Shown piece by piece: positions 37,406 to 49,800 of a stretch of DNA of 64,000 nt. Position numbers and translations under genes: made by a program. Below the pieces are notes generated by a model. It saw only the letters and a list, made by a program, of their open reading frames with translations, did not search any database and was not told the DNA's origin. The stretch covers positions 372,001-436,000 of the forward strand of contig NW_020846086.1 of the NCBI RefSeq assembly GCF_003704095.1, written 5' to 3'. This DNA is from Pocillopora damicornis (lineage: Eukaryota). How positions within the stretch are numbered: the first letter of the stretch is position 1; every line of letters begins with the position of its first letter.

Positions 37406-38027
37406 TAGAGACGGTAATTAAACGGAACTTTAATGTTTTGGACTGGTAAGTCCTAAAATGAGTGATTTGTATCATTCCCAGTGATTACTTAAACGTGGTT
37501 GTCTAGTATTCTTGATTACTAGTATAGGACAACTGGAACATAATTCGTGTATTTCGATAGAAGAGAAGAGTAGGGTACGAGTGGTCTATTCGTAGAAACT
37601 ATCGGCTTATTTAAGTGATTTTAAATAAAGTTCTCAATTGTGTCCGAAGATAGTCATATTGTCAGGCATTTTCAGTCGTCAGTTATTTTCAGCTCCGAAA
37701 AGTTTTCACTCCTCTCTTGGAAAAATGTTCCATCTTGAATTGGGTTGGTTGGTGATATTGGTCTACAAACCCCTCAGCTCCCTCTCAACCAATCAGATGC
37801 AGACTTTGTCGTGTGTGTTTTCTCGCGCCTGAAGCATTATCCCTGGTTAAAATCTGAACTTTGATTGGATTCATGTGCTTTCTGATAACTGATTGGCTGT
37901 AATCATTTTAGTCTAGCGAAACCCGACCGAAATATGTACATTCAGTTTCACATTACCGAGCAAATTTCACCTCTACAATCAAAATCAACAATGTCTGGGA
38001 GATTTTCACATTTCACCCTTCCCCCCC

Positions 38028-38130
38028 NNNNNNNNNNNNNNNNNNNNNNNNNNNNNNNNNNNNNNNNNNNNNNNNNNNNNNNNNNNNNNNNNNNNNNNNN
38101 NNNNNNNNNNNNNNNNNNNNNNNNNNNNNN
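38028..38130. other. Assembly gap
   Basis: Run of N. Confidence 1.
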
Positions 38131-38458
38131 CTTTTATATAAGTTTCACCAGAACAGAACAGTTTTATTGACATACAGATCAAGCGATAACAACGAGCCAG
38201 ACATACTTAATCTTAAGAAACACTTTACGATCAATGTCTTCAGTGAAACTTGGTGAAGAGAGCACCAACAGTGCAACCACAATTACTGTTTCGAAACCGT
38301 TTGCAACGCTTATTATAGCCAGAAACAATATTTTATCGCTTAAAATAACCTTACTGTGCTTTAAGAAGTACTTATAAGTTCTCAAGTAGTTTGTTTTAAA
38401 TAATGGACGAATGTTCTTCTTGTGTTTTACATTTCCCAGACGTTTTAAATTTGGCACT

Positions 38459-41400
38459 TCATTTCTTTCCAGCAGTATTCGCATGATCAACAGCCATCAA
38501 ACAAGCGAACACGGTCAGTACCATCTTGGCCTTGACCTCCACTACGTCCTCAGGCAGCGCGTACAATTTGGCGCCAATCTTTCGCCCCATGGAGACGGCG
38601 TACTTGGCATTCAACAACTTCTGGTCGTCTGACAGTGTCTCCCCTGTTGCCATTATGTTGTATTGAATAACACCTGGCTTGATGCTGTCGATTAGATCGA
38701 TCACTGACTTGCCGTTTGAGATGGTGGGGTCTTTAAAACAAGTTACTCTGCTGTCTTTCCCGCTTTTTGTCAGTTTTTCATTGACCCATGCGACAATTTC
38801 TTCATCTTTGATCTTCTTGTCGCTTCCGGTGCATTTTTGCAAGACCTGCAATGTGTAGGCGCGCATGGTCTGGTACAGGAGACCCAGGACCAGCTTCTTG
38901 TTCATGTCCAAGATGTCTTTGCCTCCGGTTCCTACCACGGAAAATTCGAGTTTCTTGGCGACGTCGACCACGTAGTTACAGTTCTCGAGTTTCTTCATAC
39001 TCTCGCTCATCTTTTTATAAGGTGGTCTGTTGACCTTGCTCCAGTCCACCACGCCTTTTTTCACCTGAAAACACGGAAAACTAATTAGCTATCAAATCAT
39101 GTATCGTTGTATTTTGACCCACACCTGTGAGAATGGTTTGACCTACTTCTTTATTCGATGACGAAGCTTAAATTTCCAATAATAATAATTGTAATAAATT
39201 TGATGTTAAATTCAAGATACTCCTCGGAAAAGCGCCCTGAATGAATTTTCGGTTAATGGCATAAAATAAACAAATGACGTTGGTTCTTTGTGCATTACCA
39301 AATCAAACAGCTGTAGAAGAACGATACCATCATCCAAATCTAGGTAGAGATGTTGCACAAACGGCTTCACTCCCATGCTGTTCATCCAGTTGCGGAAAGT
39401 TTTCTCCTCTCGTGTTTCTTCAAGGTTGGGAAGCTCTTCTTCAACTGGCTTCAGTGCAGGATAGTTATTGAACAAGTTGCAGACGAATCCTAGATTCAGC
39501 TTCGCGTTACCATTAACAATATTCTTGGCTCGCACAAACTTGCGGCATTTCATCTTGGCGGCATTGTCGAGGACGAGCCCAGCAAGTTTCGTCGGGTCGG
39601 ACATGCCAATGTGTGGTTCGCCGACCCCGAGTTCAGGAGGGGCGATCTGGAAGGGGAAAAAGGTAACCTTACTAAACAGAATAAAGAAAAATAAAAGGGG
39701 GTAACTTTCTTAAGAAACTGTAGCGCCTCGTCTTTGGGGTTATTGCAAGGTAACTTGGCTTTATCAACTGAGCCGATGATGGGAATTGGCCATCGTCGAG
39801 AGAAATACTAAGCTGAAGTTTCGAACGTCGGCTCTTCCTTATAGCGAATCCAAAATATGTTGCTATAAAAGTATCCAAATAAATTGGTCCTAAATAAATT
39901 GGAGAAGCTGTGATGGTTTTTATCCTGGGTTCTAAATTATTAATTGGTAGTTGTATGGTTTGTTTCAGATTTAACGGAAGCAGATATATAGAGAATGATC
40001 AGACCACGTCGAGAGTGAAGAAATCACAATTCAGACGATGCTCTCAGAGGACAGCTCTCATGCTACGCATCTCAGGAGTCCGAGCTTCAACTTAAAGCTA
40101 TAAAGGATTACCTGGTGAAGCAGAACACTGTAATTCTCCGCATCAGAGATATCAGCTGAAAAGTTGGCGACTCGCCGATGGTGCCCGGCATCCTGAAGAT
40201 GGTAGTTGAACCAACGGAGCAAGATGGCTTCCGGGGGAAGACGGAGAAGTTTCTCGATGGTCTCGTCCTCTTCAACCAGGCGAACAAGTCCGGGACAGTT
40301 CTGGATAGTCAGTTGCCTGAACAGACCGATCTAAGAGAAGCAATAATAAGCATTAGAATTATAATGATCCCATGAACAGCACAATTTTTTTGGAAAGAGC
40401 AGCTATGCAGTGCATCATAGACGAATCTTTTATGCTTTTTAATGGCTCTAGATCTTTCTTAAGATAGGCAGCGTTGAATCATTTAGACCCGTTACCCGTT
40501 TCATTCGCTCAGCTATGAGCTGAAAATCGACCGATAAGGTATTTTCCTTTATGTAAAAGATCTTAGATCATATAACAAGAAAGGTTTTCCACATTTGGGT
40601 TGCCTTCGGCAAGATTGCGCTGAGTCGCATTGGACTGTGTATTTACAACCCTGCACAGTTTCATACTCTGAGCCCACTACCGCCGTTAAACAGCTGTTTA
40701 ACGGCATAAAGCCGACAATCAAGCTAGCTCTTTCATCATTGTCTTCCAACGTAAACCTGGTAAATGGAGATCATCGAGTGGCTCAAAAGCTAAGAAAATT
40801 GACCCAGGGAATTTCACCCACGTTCCATTCGACATGCGAAAAATTTGGAAATTCAGATCGAAAATTTTAGTCGAATGGAGAGGGCCCTGTATCTCTGGAG
40901 GCCTACACCTGACGTTAACGGTTTTGGAGTAAGCACTTTGGTTTTTCAAATTTTTTTTTAATTTTATTTTTATCAAAGCATTTCTTACGTTTACATACAA
41001 AACAGAAATTAAGGAAGGAAAAAAAAAAGAGAAAAACACACACACTAATACGGTACAAATAGAAGATTACCAAGTTGCACACACTCACAAAGCTATTACA
41101 GCAATACGGTTACCTCGTATGTAAGTTACAATGACATCACTTTTAAACTAATAATGGAAATTAATCATGACATCACGATCACTTATTCGTAAAAACGCTT
41201 ATTAACCTTTCCCACTTTCTAAAATGATTAGTTAATTTGTCTCTTTTCCCGGCAATACGGAGTTCGATATTGTAAACACGCCTTGTCCTGGCTATAAAAC
41301 CTCGAAGAGAAGGTATACCATTTAGGTATTTCCGAGAGTAAATATAAAACTTACCCAGAAGCAAAATTTGCTTAAACAGGAGAAAATCTTCTGCAATATC

Positions 41401-43266
41401 GAACTTACCAAAAATGATATCTTCCTCTTCAAGGTTATCAACAGGGATGTTATAATCGCACAACCAGGACAAGACATGTTTCCAAAAACTAGATGATACT
41501 TTACAGGAAAAGAGTAAATGCTCTACGGATTCAACCTCCGTTTGGCAGAAAGCACAGGACGGCGAATCAGCCATGCCAAAACGAAATAGTTTTTCGTTTG
41601 TAAAGATAATACGGTTTAAAATTATAAACTGAAATTCTCTAAGTTTAGATTCTAATGTTGTGCGAAAAGATAGCGAATAAACACTTGGAGCACTTTGTGA
41701 GAAAATTCTGTTCACCATAAAGCTTCACATACCCTGATAACTTGCCACAGTAAACCCAGCACCAGATGAGGTTTGCCTTCAATTAGATCCTGCGCGCCAA
41801 TATTGACGATGTTACAGCCGATAGCCATGGCAGAGTTCAACACCAACGTTTGGTTTTCATGAATGTTGTAGACGTTCAACTTGGTCTTGTTGATAGCTCT
41901 CTCGTCCACAGTACCAGGACAGGCCCAGTTTATGAGTTTACACAGCAGAATCCCGTCTTTAACGGCTTTGAAAAGACCATCTTTATCGTCCTCATTAATT
42001 GGCACGTACTTCCCTGTGAGGATAGAAACATAATGTTAAGATTTCATCTACCATTGGATAGTGTTAACTGGTAAAGGAGAACCAACAAGCTGATCTGACT
42101 CGACTCGACTTTCAAAAGAAAACTAAGAGTCAGCTGGAGTGAATTCATATTATTTCATTCCTGCAAGACCTCGTATTACAATTCCCAAGTAGGGCGTTGC
42201 TTCTGAGAAAGAATCACCCACGGTTCCACTCCGCCCCCCAAACTTTGATCGGAGAAATAATCCTGCATGTCATTTCTCCAAATTAAATTATTAGACCCTC
42301 GCATAGAATTCTCCTATGTAAAACAAAATTTTTACTTAAGGCTCGAAAAGTTCACCGTTCCGTCACAATGTATTGCCGATGCAAAACGAAGACTGCTTCG
42401 TATGCAATAAGTCCAATAACAGTGGGGTATGTGTAATTTGAGAACCTTCCCTCTTACTCAAATTTTGAATATATACTGTGTCAAATAAATCCAAAACATA
42501 ATTATCATTAGCTTGCATAAGGTTTAGTTATTTGAGGGAACTGAACGCACGAATTTCGGACAATCTACGCAATTGTCAAGAGAAAAATTGTTATTGAGGG
42601 TGCATACCGGTGTAAATAAATTTAATGCTTTCTGTCGAACTCACTGTTTGCTGGTTACTAAGAGCAGTTTGTTCCTTCTTACAGTTAACGGACACTTTCT
42701 TTTAAAATAAACTCACTGGAAATCTTTCCATCCTCACCGAAAGTGGTTGAAAATTTCAATATCTATTTCTCCATCTATGAGTTTTACTACAACAACTCTA
42801 GTCCACGAAAACTTTTTATCGTGAAAATCTCTATTTGTATATCACATTTCTAACCTTTCAAATCGCGATCATCTTCCAGAACTGAGTTAATCCAGTTGCT
42901 AAAGCCGATCTGCTCATCATCAGAAAACGAATGTCTTGTCCCTTCGGCAGATGATGCTGAAGTCCCTCCGACAGCTTGCACTCCTTTGCGGCTGTCAACG
43001 GCCTTTTTGTATGCACCTCCAACCGCTTTCGTAGACAGTCTTGCAAATAGTTTGGTAAAATCGTCAAAGCTTAACATCCCTCGCTTTTCTTTCTGCACTT
43101 CTTCTTCGATATCTCGCAGTTTGAAGGCAGGGACGTCTTCTCCACACTCTTTCATCACTTTACCAAAGTCTTCGCCTTTCAAGGAGTTTCCCTTTGCGTG
43201 CTTGTCGAAGGCTTGTCTCAATTCTGCCATCCGAGAACTTGAAAACATGGGTGTGAGATCCGCCAT
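38459..43266 (-). CDS. PLS3: Plastin/fimbrin actin-bundling protein (EF-hand headpiece + 4 CH domains), 5 exons (43266-42855, 42013-41733, 40330-40112, 39646-39299, 39064-38459), ~621 aa
   Basis: Motifs [86 protein letters not shown] and [23 protein letters not shown]. Splice sites are canonical and the joined 1866-nt CDS is in frame. The symbol indicates the family; no 1:1 orthology to a single vertebrate paralogue is implied. Confidence 0.96.
40932..41697 (-). mobile_element. 5'-truncated non-LTR retrotransposon (L1/Tx1-like ORF2 C-terminus + 3' UTR + A-rich tail) in plastin intron 2
   Basis: The open frame ending at 41179 has a zf-RVT-like CCHC motif ([18 protein letters not shown]...FW) and [19 protein letters not shown] and an A-tail lie at ~40968-40951 on the minus strand. 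The 9-bp direct repeat AGCACTTTG occurs at 40932-40940 and 41689-41697 (candidate TSD). Confidence 0.9.
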
Positions 43267-43822
43267 GGTTGAAATTTGAAAGTCTTTTGAACTCTGTAAG
43301 TAACCAAAGATAATTTTTCAAAACAAACGAAATTCGTCAAGATGATGAGTTTGAAATTTGGTGACGTCACAGTTATGTTTTCATATAAGTGGCTTAATGT
43401 GTCAATTAGGAACACGCAATGTCAGTGAAGGAAGTTCAGAGAGAGAGAGAGCATTGGAACCGAGGTTGGCAATAAAACTTCACTTACTTCCAGCTTTTAC
43501 TTCGTTATTTTTGTCAGCCTTTTGAAAAAATAGCCAGGAAAATAAAGCATGAAAGACTTGAAAAAATAATGTATAATTCTGCTCCTTACGTTTGTCAAAA
43601 AAAAAGAAAAACTAAGGAATTATTTTCCCCTTTTTTTCACCCACCATAAAAAAAAAATCCCCGCCGTACCCTACTTTATTTTTCTCGTCGCAGTCGCTGA
43701 CGTGTCAAGGTACTTTCTGCGCATGTAAGAATGTTCCCTCTGCGCAAGCTCAGTGAAGCATAAGGTAAAATCCAAGATGGCGGATAGTCTGGTGGTATTG
43801 ATCGAATGAGATGAACTAAAAA
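43267..43822. promoter_or_regulatory. Divergent (bidirectional) promoter region between plastin and GOLGA4
   Basis: The two ATGs are head-to-head, ~556 bp apart. The region contains a palindromic CRE GTGACGTCAC (43361-43370), TGACGT (~43698), an NRF1-like TGCGCATG (~43718) and a YY1-type CAAGATGGCGG (43773-43783). Confidence 0.6.
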
Positions 43823-46800
43823 ATGTTTAAGAAACTAAAGCAGAAATTAGCGGAGGAGACGGATGGGGAACAGAGCCCCGTGAAGCAAAATGCACGTCAG
43901 GTAATGATTCAAAGTTTTGATCGACTGCACGCGTCATTTCCTCTTCTGTGATAAAAGTGTTTTAACTGTTCTCAACGAACAATGATCTTGTCAAGTTTTA
44001 TTCTGTGTGTATTCTACTGATCGTCTTGTGTTGAATAATTTAGACTCCGAAAGAGCCAGGCAATGAAAGTAGCAATGTAACCCTGGCGAAATCTGAAGAA
44101 AACCGTGTATTTCCGCCTTCAAATTCAGCTGCAAATGTAACAAGTTCTCCTTCGAGCACATCATCAACTCCTAAAACATCACAGATTAAACAAAAATCTA
44201 CGCCACGAGAGGTTCTCGACCGAGTCTACAACCTCCTTGATTCTAAGGTATATTACAAATGATTGACCTGAAGCTATCGCATGAGTGAGTTAAACCTGAT
44301 TGAAAATCAGATATTTTTTTGTTTCCAAATCAATTATACTGGATGGGAGGTGATCAGTGATCTTCGTTAATAACAGTTTTCAAAACAGCTCTATTTTTAT
44401 ATGTGATTGTATCATCCTTGGCACTTTCTTTAATTTTTCCTCTTAGTCTAGTTGTTCTTTTTTTGTTATAGGTTTCTTTTGTCAGCATAACTTTAAAATG
44501 TTGTAGATTTTAAAGGTTTCAGGCTATTGATTTGTAATAGTCAGTGTATTAAAAACAAATCAGAAATAAAAAGGAAAAAGAGATAAAATGAAATAAAAAG
44601 GAANNNNNNNNNNNNNNNNNNNNNNNNNNNNNNNNNNNNNNNNNNNNNNNNNNNNNNNNNNNNNNNNNNNNNNNNNNNNNNNNNNNNNNNNNNNNNNNNN
44701 NNNTTGTTTCATTGTCTAGGCTGTTCAGCCTGATTCCAGAAATGGAGAAAAGCCTCATTCTGGTGAGACAACTCCTCCTAAGAGTACAAGCACCCCAAGT
44801 AAAACTTTGTCACAGGACAGCATCAGTGATACTGAAACTCCCAAGAGAACTGTTGAACGTCAAGGATCAATCCCTCCTTCAAGCCCTATTTCTGTGGGAG
44901 GACGGTCTGACGCTGAGTCTGATGCAGAGCAAAGTGGCACACCCGGTACACCTGGGGCTCGCCTAGACGGAGCCACAAAGGAAGAGGTGGTGGCCATGTT
45001 TAAAAAACAAGAGAGAGTCTTGGCACGTTACAAGACCAGATTCTCAGAGGTATCGCACTTTGTAACATCTTTGTTTTTACATGATTTTAAAGGATTTCAG
45101 TTTCAATCAAATTAATAAGGAAAGCTACAATGTTAGTAGTCTCCCAACTTGTGGGAATGGCTAAAAGGGCTAGGCTATTTTCTTGTATGCATTTAGCACT
45201 GGCATAGTTCCTGTAGTTGATGTGAGTGGTTAGGAAAGCCAGGAAGAATGGAATATGAAAACAGCAGAGTTATCATTTACTTTTTGAGCTACCTTGTCAT
45301 GCACAATCTTTTGTATTTTTGCATTCACATATTATTGATTTAAGGAGAAGTCTACTTTTAGTAATCACTCAGTTCAAAATGATGGGAATTCTATTGACAG
45401 GTGTGTTTATGGCAAGGTCCAAAAAAAAAGTGTACTAACACATATTGGAAAGAAATCAGCCAGATTTCCTAGCCATTCCCTGGTTTGGTGCTTCTTTTGT
45501 CATGTTGCCTTAAGTTTTTTGTCTTTCTTTGATCTTGTTCATGGGCTGGGATTCATTCTCCTTACTGGTCTCTGTACTAAATGTGCATGTATATTGAAGG
45601 CATCAAATTAGGCCATGGCTATTTTTATAACACTGTTCATGCTAAATGAGCTTTTACCAAAATTTCCCATCCAATAATGAATTTGGTTTTTAGATATTTA
45701 ATAAATTTTGACCTCAGCATCACTGGAATAGCTATTTGTAACAAATGCTGAAATTTCTTATGTTAGTATCAATTGTCATAAACTTTGCTTTTAGTGATCA
45801 AGAGTACATTTGTAATCTGAGTGCTCATCTGTACCATTAATAACTGAAACAGCTTTAGACATTAAGCAATTCTGATCAGTGTTTTGGCAATTAAAAATCA
45901 CAAATCAGGTGAACATGAAAAAAAAAACTTCTGACAAATTGGTTTTTGTAAGATAATGGTGCAGATTTTTTTTTTTTTGTCTCAGTTTAGAACATTTTGA
46001 CCAAGTATAATTTATAAATTTACATGTATTTCTGTTGGTTTGAATGTTTATGATCAAAATATGAAATGAGAATAAATTCAATCTCAACACATAGCAATGA
46101 ACTGAATCATAGGAAATATAAGTGTAATGTAAACGAGTGTAAATTATTTTTTAAACTAGTTAGGTCGTACATTGTGATTTTATCTTGTTTCTGTAGTATG
46201 ACCACAACTCTATAACCAAGAAAAATACAAACCAATCCACAGTATAGTTTGAAATCATTTTCATTGGAAATTCATATGAAACATTACAAGTGATCAATGT
46301 CAGGCACTGTCCACCTCAGAATAAGGCAAATGAGGGCAATTTTTTTTTAGATAAAAGTAAGTTTTTAATTTTGTTTTGCTTTTGTTTTATATTTTAAGTG
46401 GAGGTATAATTTTACTTGGTAAATAAAGTAAGAAAAGAAATGAACAAATCAAGAGATGTGTTTTCAAATTGAGTTACAACTCTTTTTCTGTTGTTGTAGG
46501 CATAAAATATGTAAAGGACAGTTAGTTTTTATAGAGGTTACCTAGGTATTCAGTCATGTTGAACGGAATGCAGCTTAAATAATAAATGTCAGTTGATATG
46601 ATTGTGGTTAGAAACATTTTGCATAATTTTTCCTTTATTCAAATTAGCCTGAACAATAAAAATCTACAACAGACAATAGACTGACATGAAAGGACTAGTT
46701 TTAAACAGCACCAAATCATCTGACTATGAATTTTAGAACAAAGTTCTACTTGCAACTGCTAAGTACATGTTTCTGGGAATAATTTTCTTGTATCAAGAAC

Positions 46801-49800
46801 AAAATGTAGATGTTATTTTAATTCACAACCAGGAGCATTTCACCTGGCTTAATTATTGTAAGTCTCTTCAGTGTGCATCAACATCTCACTGGCTGATATG
46901 TTGGGAGAAACAGTAACTCATGTTGTACGTTTAAACATGAAGAAATTTATACAAACTTCACTTTTGAAGTTATTCAGCAATGTACACATAGTCTTGTATT
47001 TCAAGAAATGTTTATAATTGGGAATATTTTGGGACAATGGTCTTAAGATGTTTTCCTGTATGGGAAGCCAACTTGATACTGAAGAGAAACAGAGAAAGGC
47101 TCTTAGAAAGGTAAATTTACAATGGCCATCCTTTTACAGATACTGTACATGTAGGTTGGACAATTATTATCTTTGTTTTTAATTCTGGAGTAAGTAGAAA
47201 TGAATCCTTAGAATCAGTCATATGGGTTGCTGTAGATGTTAACAAAACATTCTAGTCAAAATGTATGGGAAAATATAAACTGATAATGTTCCAATTTGTT
47301 TTCCCGAACGTGATAGGTTGTGGAAGCTTACAAGAACCTACAGAAAGAAAATGAAAAGCTACAGGTACACATGTAAACAAATGTGTGAAAAGTTGATAGG
47401 TAAAAGATGACTTGTGTTGCTGTTTTCCTCTCTGCAGTTTTTGTTTATTTTAATGTTGACTGAAAAGAACTTACATTTATTTATTAGTTCTATTTGATCA
47501 AAAGTGTTTTTTGATCACTTGCATGCAAAACTTGAACAATAAGCTATAATGATATTAAATAAAGGGGGTATATGATACTGGATCTGATCTGAACTAGTAT
47601 GTGATACATGCATGTCAATGTACCCTCTTGCAGAATAATCTCACACAGAGTCAGGACAAAGCTCTCAGAAGAATATCAGAGATGAAAGAGGTGAATTTTA
47701 AGTTTGCAAAACACAGTGTGATACAATTATCTTGACTTTGAGGGTAGATAATTGAAATATCTTGTAATTATGGTGTACATGTTTACATGTTATGCAACTG
47801 ATAAACATTGTAATAAGAAGCATGTATTATAGGAGAGTCTCATTGCCTTGATTGTTTGATGTTGGTGTTACTTGACAAACTCTTGAATCATGCTGTGACT
47901 GGTGATGGCCTGGCTTGATGACTAAATGATTACTGAAAGTGCACAAAAGAAGGTTCATACATTTGTAGTCTTTGTCTCTTCTCAGAGGCAATGGTTTTCA
48001 GTGTTGATGTGTAACAGTTATTGGTACTTGTAGGTGTAAATGACTTTTGTAAATCTTGTGAGTTACACTCAGCCTGGTAATTCAGGAGAGTTTTGCATTG
48101 CAGGTACATCAAGCTCCCTTTGTGTGGTTTGTGTAGAAATCTGAAATATTTTGTAAAATCACAGGGCAGTTTGAGTCAGTTTTTGTAAATCAGTCTGACA
48201 AATTTATTAACTTTCCATTTGTTCACAGACCATAGAACTTGAAAAACAGGCCAAGATGCATTTGGAGGAAACACTTCAGTTGTCTCTAGATGAAAAAGAA
48301 GACATCATCAAAGCTCTACAAACACAGGTGGATAATAACTAGTACCGAACATTTGATCATTATGTTCGTGGGTAAATTCTTCAACTTTGATTCTCAAAAT
48401 AATTTAATTTTTTTTATTTTGTGATATTGGCACCCATCAGCATTTCTCATCAACCCTGCCTATTTGGATGTTTGAATGTTTATTAGGACCACTATGTATT
48501 TTAGTTTAACTAGGTGTACTTTACAACTAAACGTTAGCCTCACCTGGGAAATAAATCTGGATATGATTGCTCTATGATAGGTTCAACTGCTCAAGCAACA
48601 AGGATCACTAGCAATTCCTGGAACTGATGTTCTTGATACTGGCTTAGGTGAGCTATCTAAAAGATTTTGCCTTTGAATGTGTAATGACTCTTTTAAACTT
48701 GACCTTCATTGGTGGGATGGCATATGGGAGAAGTGATACTGCAGTGGCCATACGCTTTTGCTTTCCTTCCTTCTTTCCCTCCCACCACCCTGTGGCCTGG
48801 GTTTGATTCCTGAACTTTTTGTCACAAGTGGGTTGTTAGTTCCCATCTTTGCTTAAAGGATTTTTTTCTTTGGGTTTCCGTTCTCTACGCAAAACACCAT
48901 GCCAAATTCCAACCCTGTTTTCTAAGGGACAAACACTTTTCAATTTTCAATCAATGGTTGTTACCCTCCATAAATGTACATGGAGTGAATTTATTGGTAT
49001 TTATTTATTACAGGATCTCAAAGTGATGAACAGAAGCTTCAACAGCAGAGTCTGCAGGAGAGGGTAAGGAACAGTTTCATTATTATGTACAGTTACATAC
49101 AGTTGTGAACATGTTTACATCTACAGCTGCACCATTAAAAACATTATTTTCTGATGTAGATGTTCTGTGATCTATGGAGTATTTTTAGTATTTAACCACC
49201 AGAAAAAAAGCAGCATGCTCTTGAAAGGTGTTTTCATCTTTGACTTAATACTGCACTAACTAGAACATGTGTAAAACGTACAATTGTTTCTATCTACTGA
49301 CCATTCATGTCTGCTTCACAACACAAACTCCTGATTTTTTGTGAATGATACCCCTAATATGTCTGTGTTGCTTATTTATTAAAGATTTTATCGATACTTG
49401 AAGATGAGATCTGTATCCATGCGTGGATTATATTGTTCAGAACGAAAATAGACCATCGTATTGTATGTCAATTGACACTGGTTACATGTTGTTTACCTTC
49501 AGAACTGATTTCTTGGGATAGATTTTTCAAGATTCTTTCACAAAACAGTCCGTAGATTCCACCAGCCTTATTATTTTATGATACTGAATTGGCAACTCAT
49601 GAAGGGGGTATTTTACAAACCATCTTATGATGAAAAATTTAGGGCTCTTTCATGCAAGGATATTGCATGAATCAATATGATTTCGGCTGCACTTAAGCTC
49701 ATGAAGTTACATTTGTGCAGATTCTTGTGTGTGAAGTGTTGTTGAAGGGTAAGTTTGGTCGTTCTCTTCATAGATTGAAGGCCTTCAAGCTCTTGTGGAG

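Noticed and set aside
41712-41732. Apparent fusion or overlap of plastin exon 2 with the LINE ORF as one protein
   Set aside because: They are in different frames, and a canonical donor at 41732 continues plastin correctly into exon 3 at 40330.
47910-47940. TGATGA...CTGA pattern suggesting an intronic C/D snoRNA
   Set aside because: The boxes are too close together, with no terminal stem or rRNA-complementary guide visible.
48726-48830. Possible tRNA gene
   Set aside because: It has only degenerate A/B boxes and no cloverleaf stems; better explained as a SINE head.
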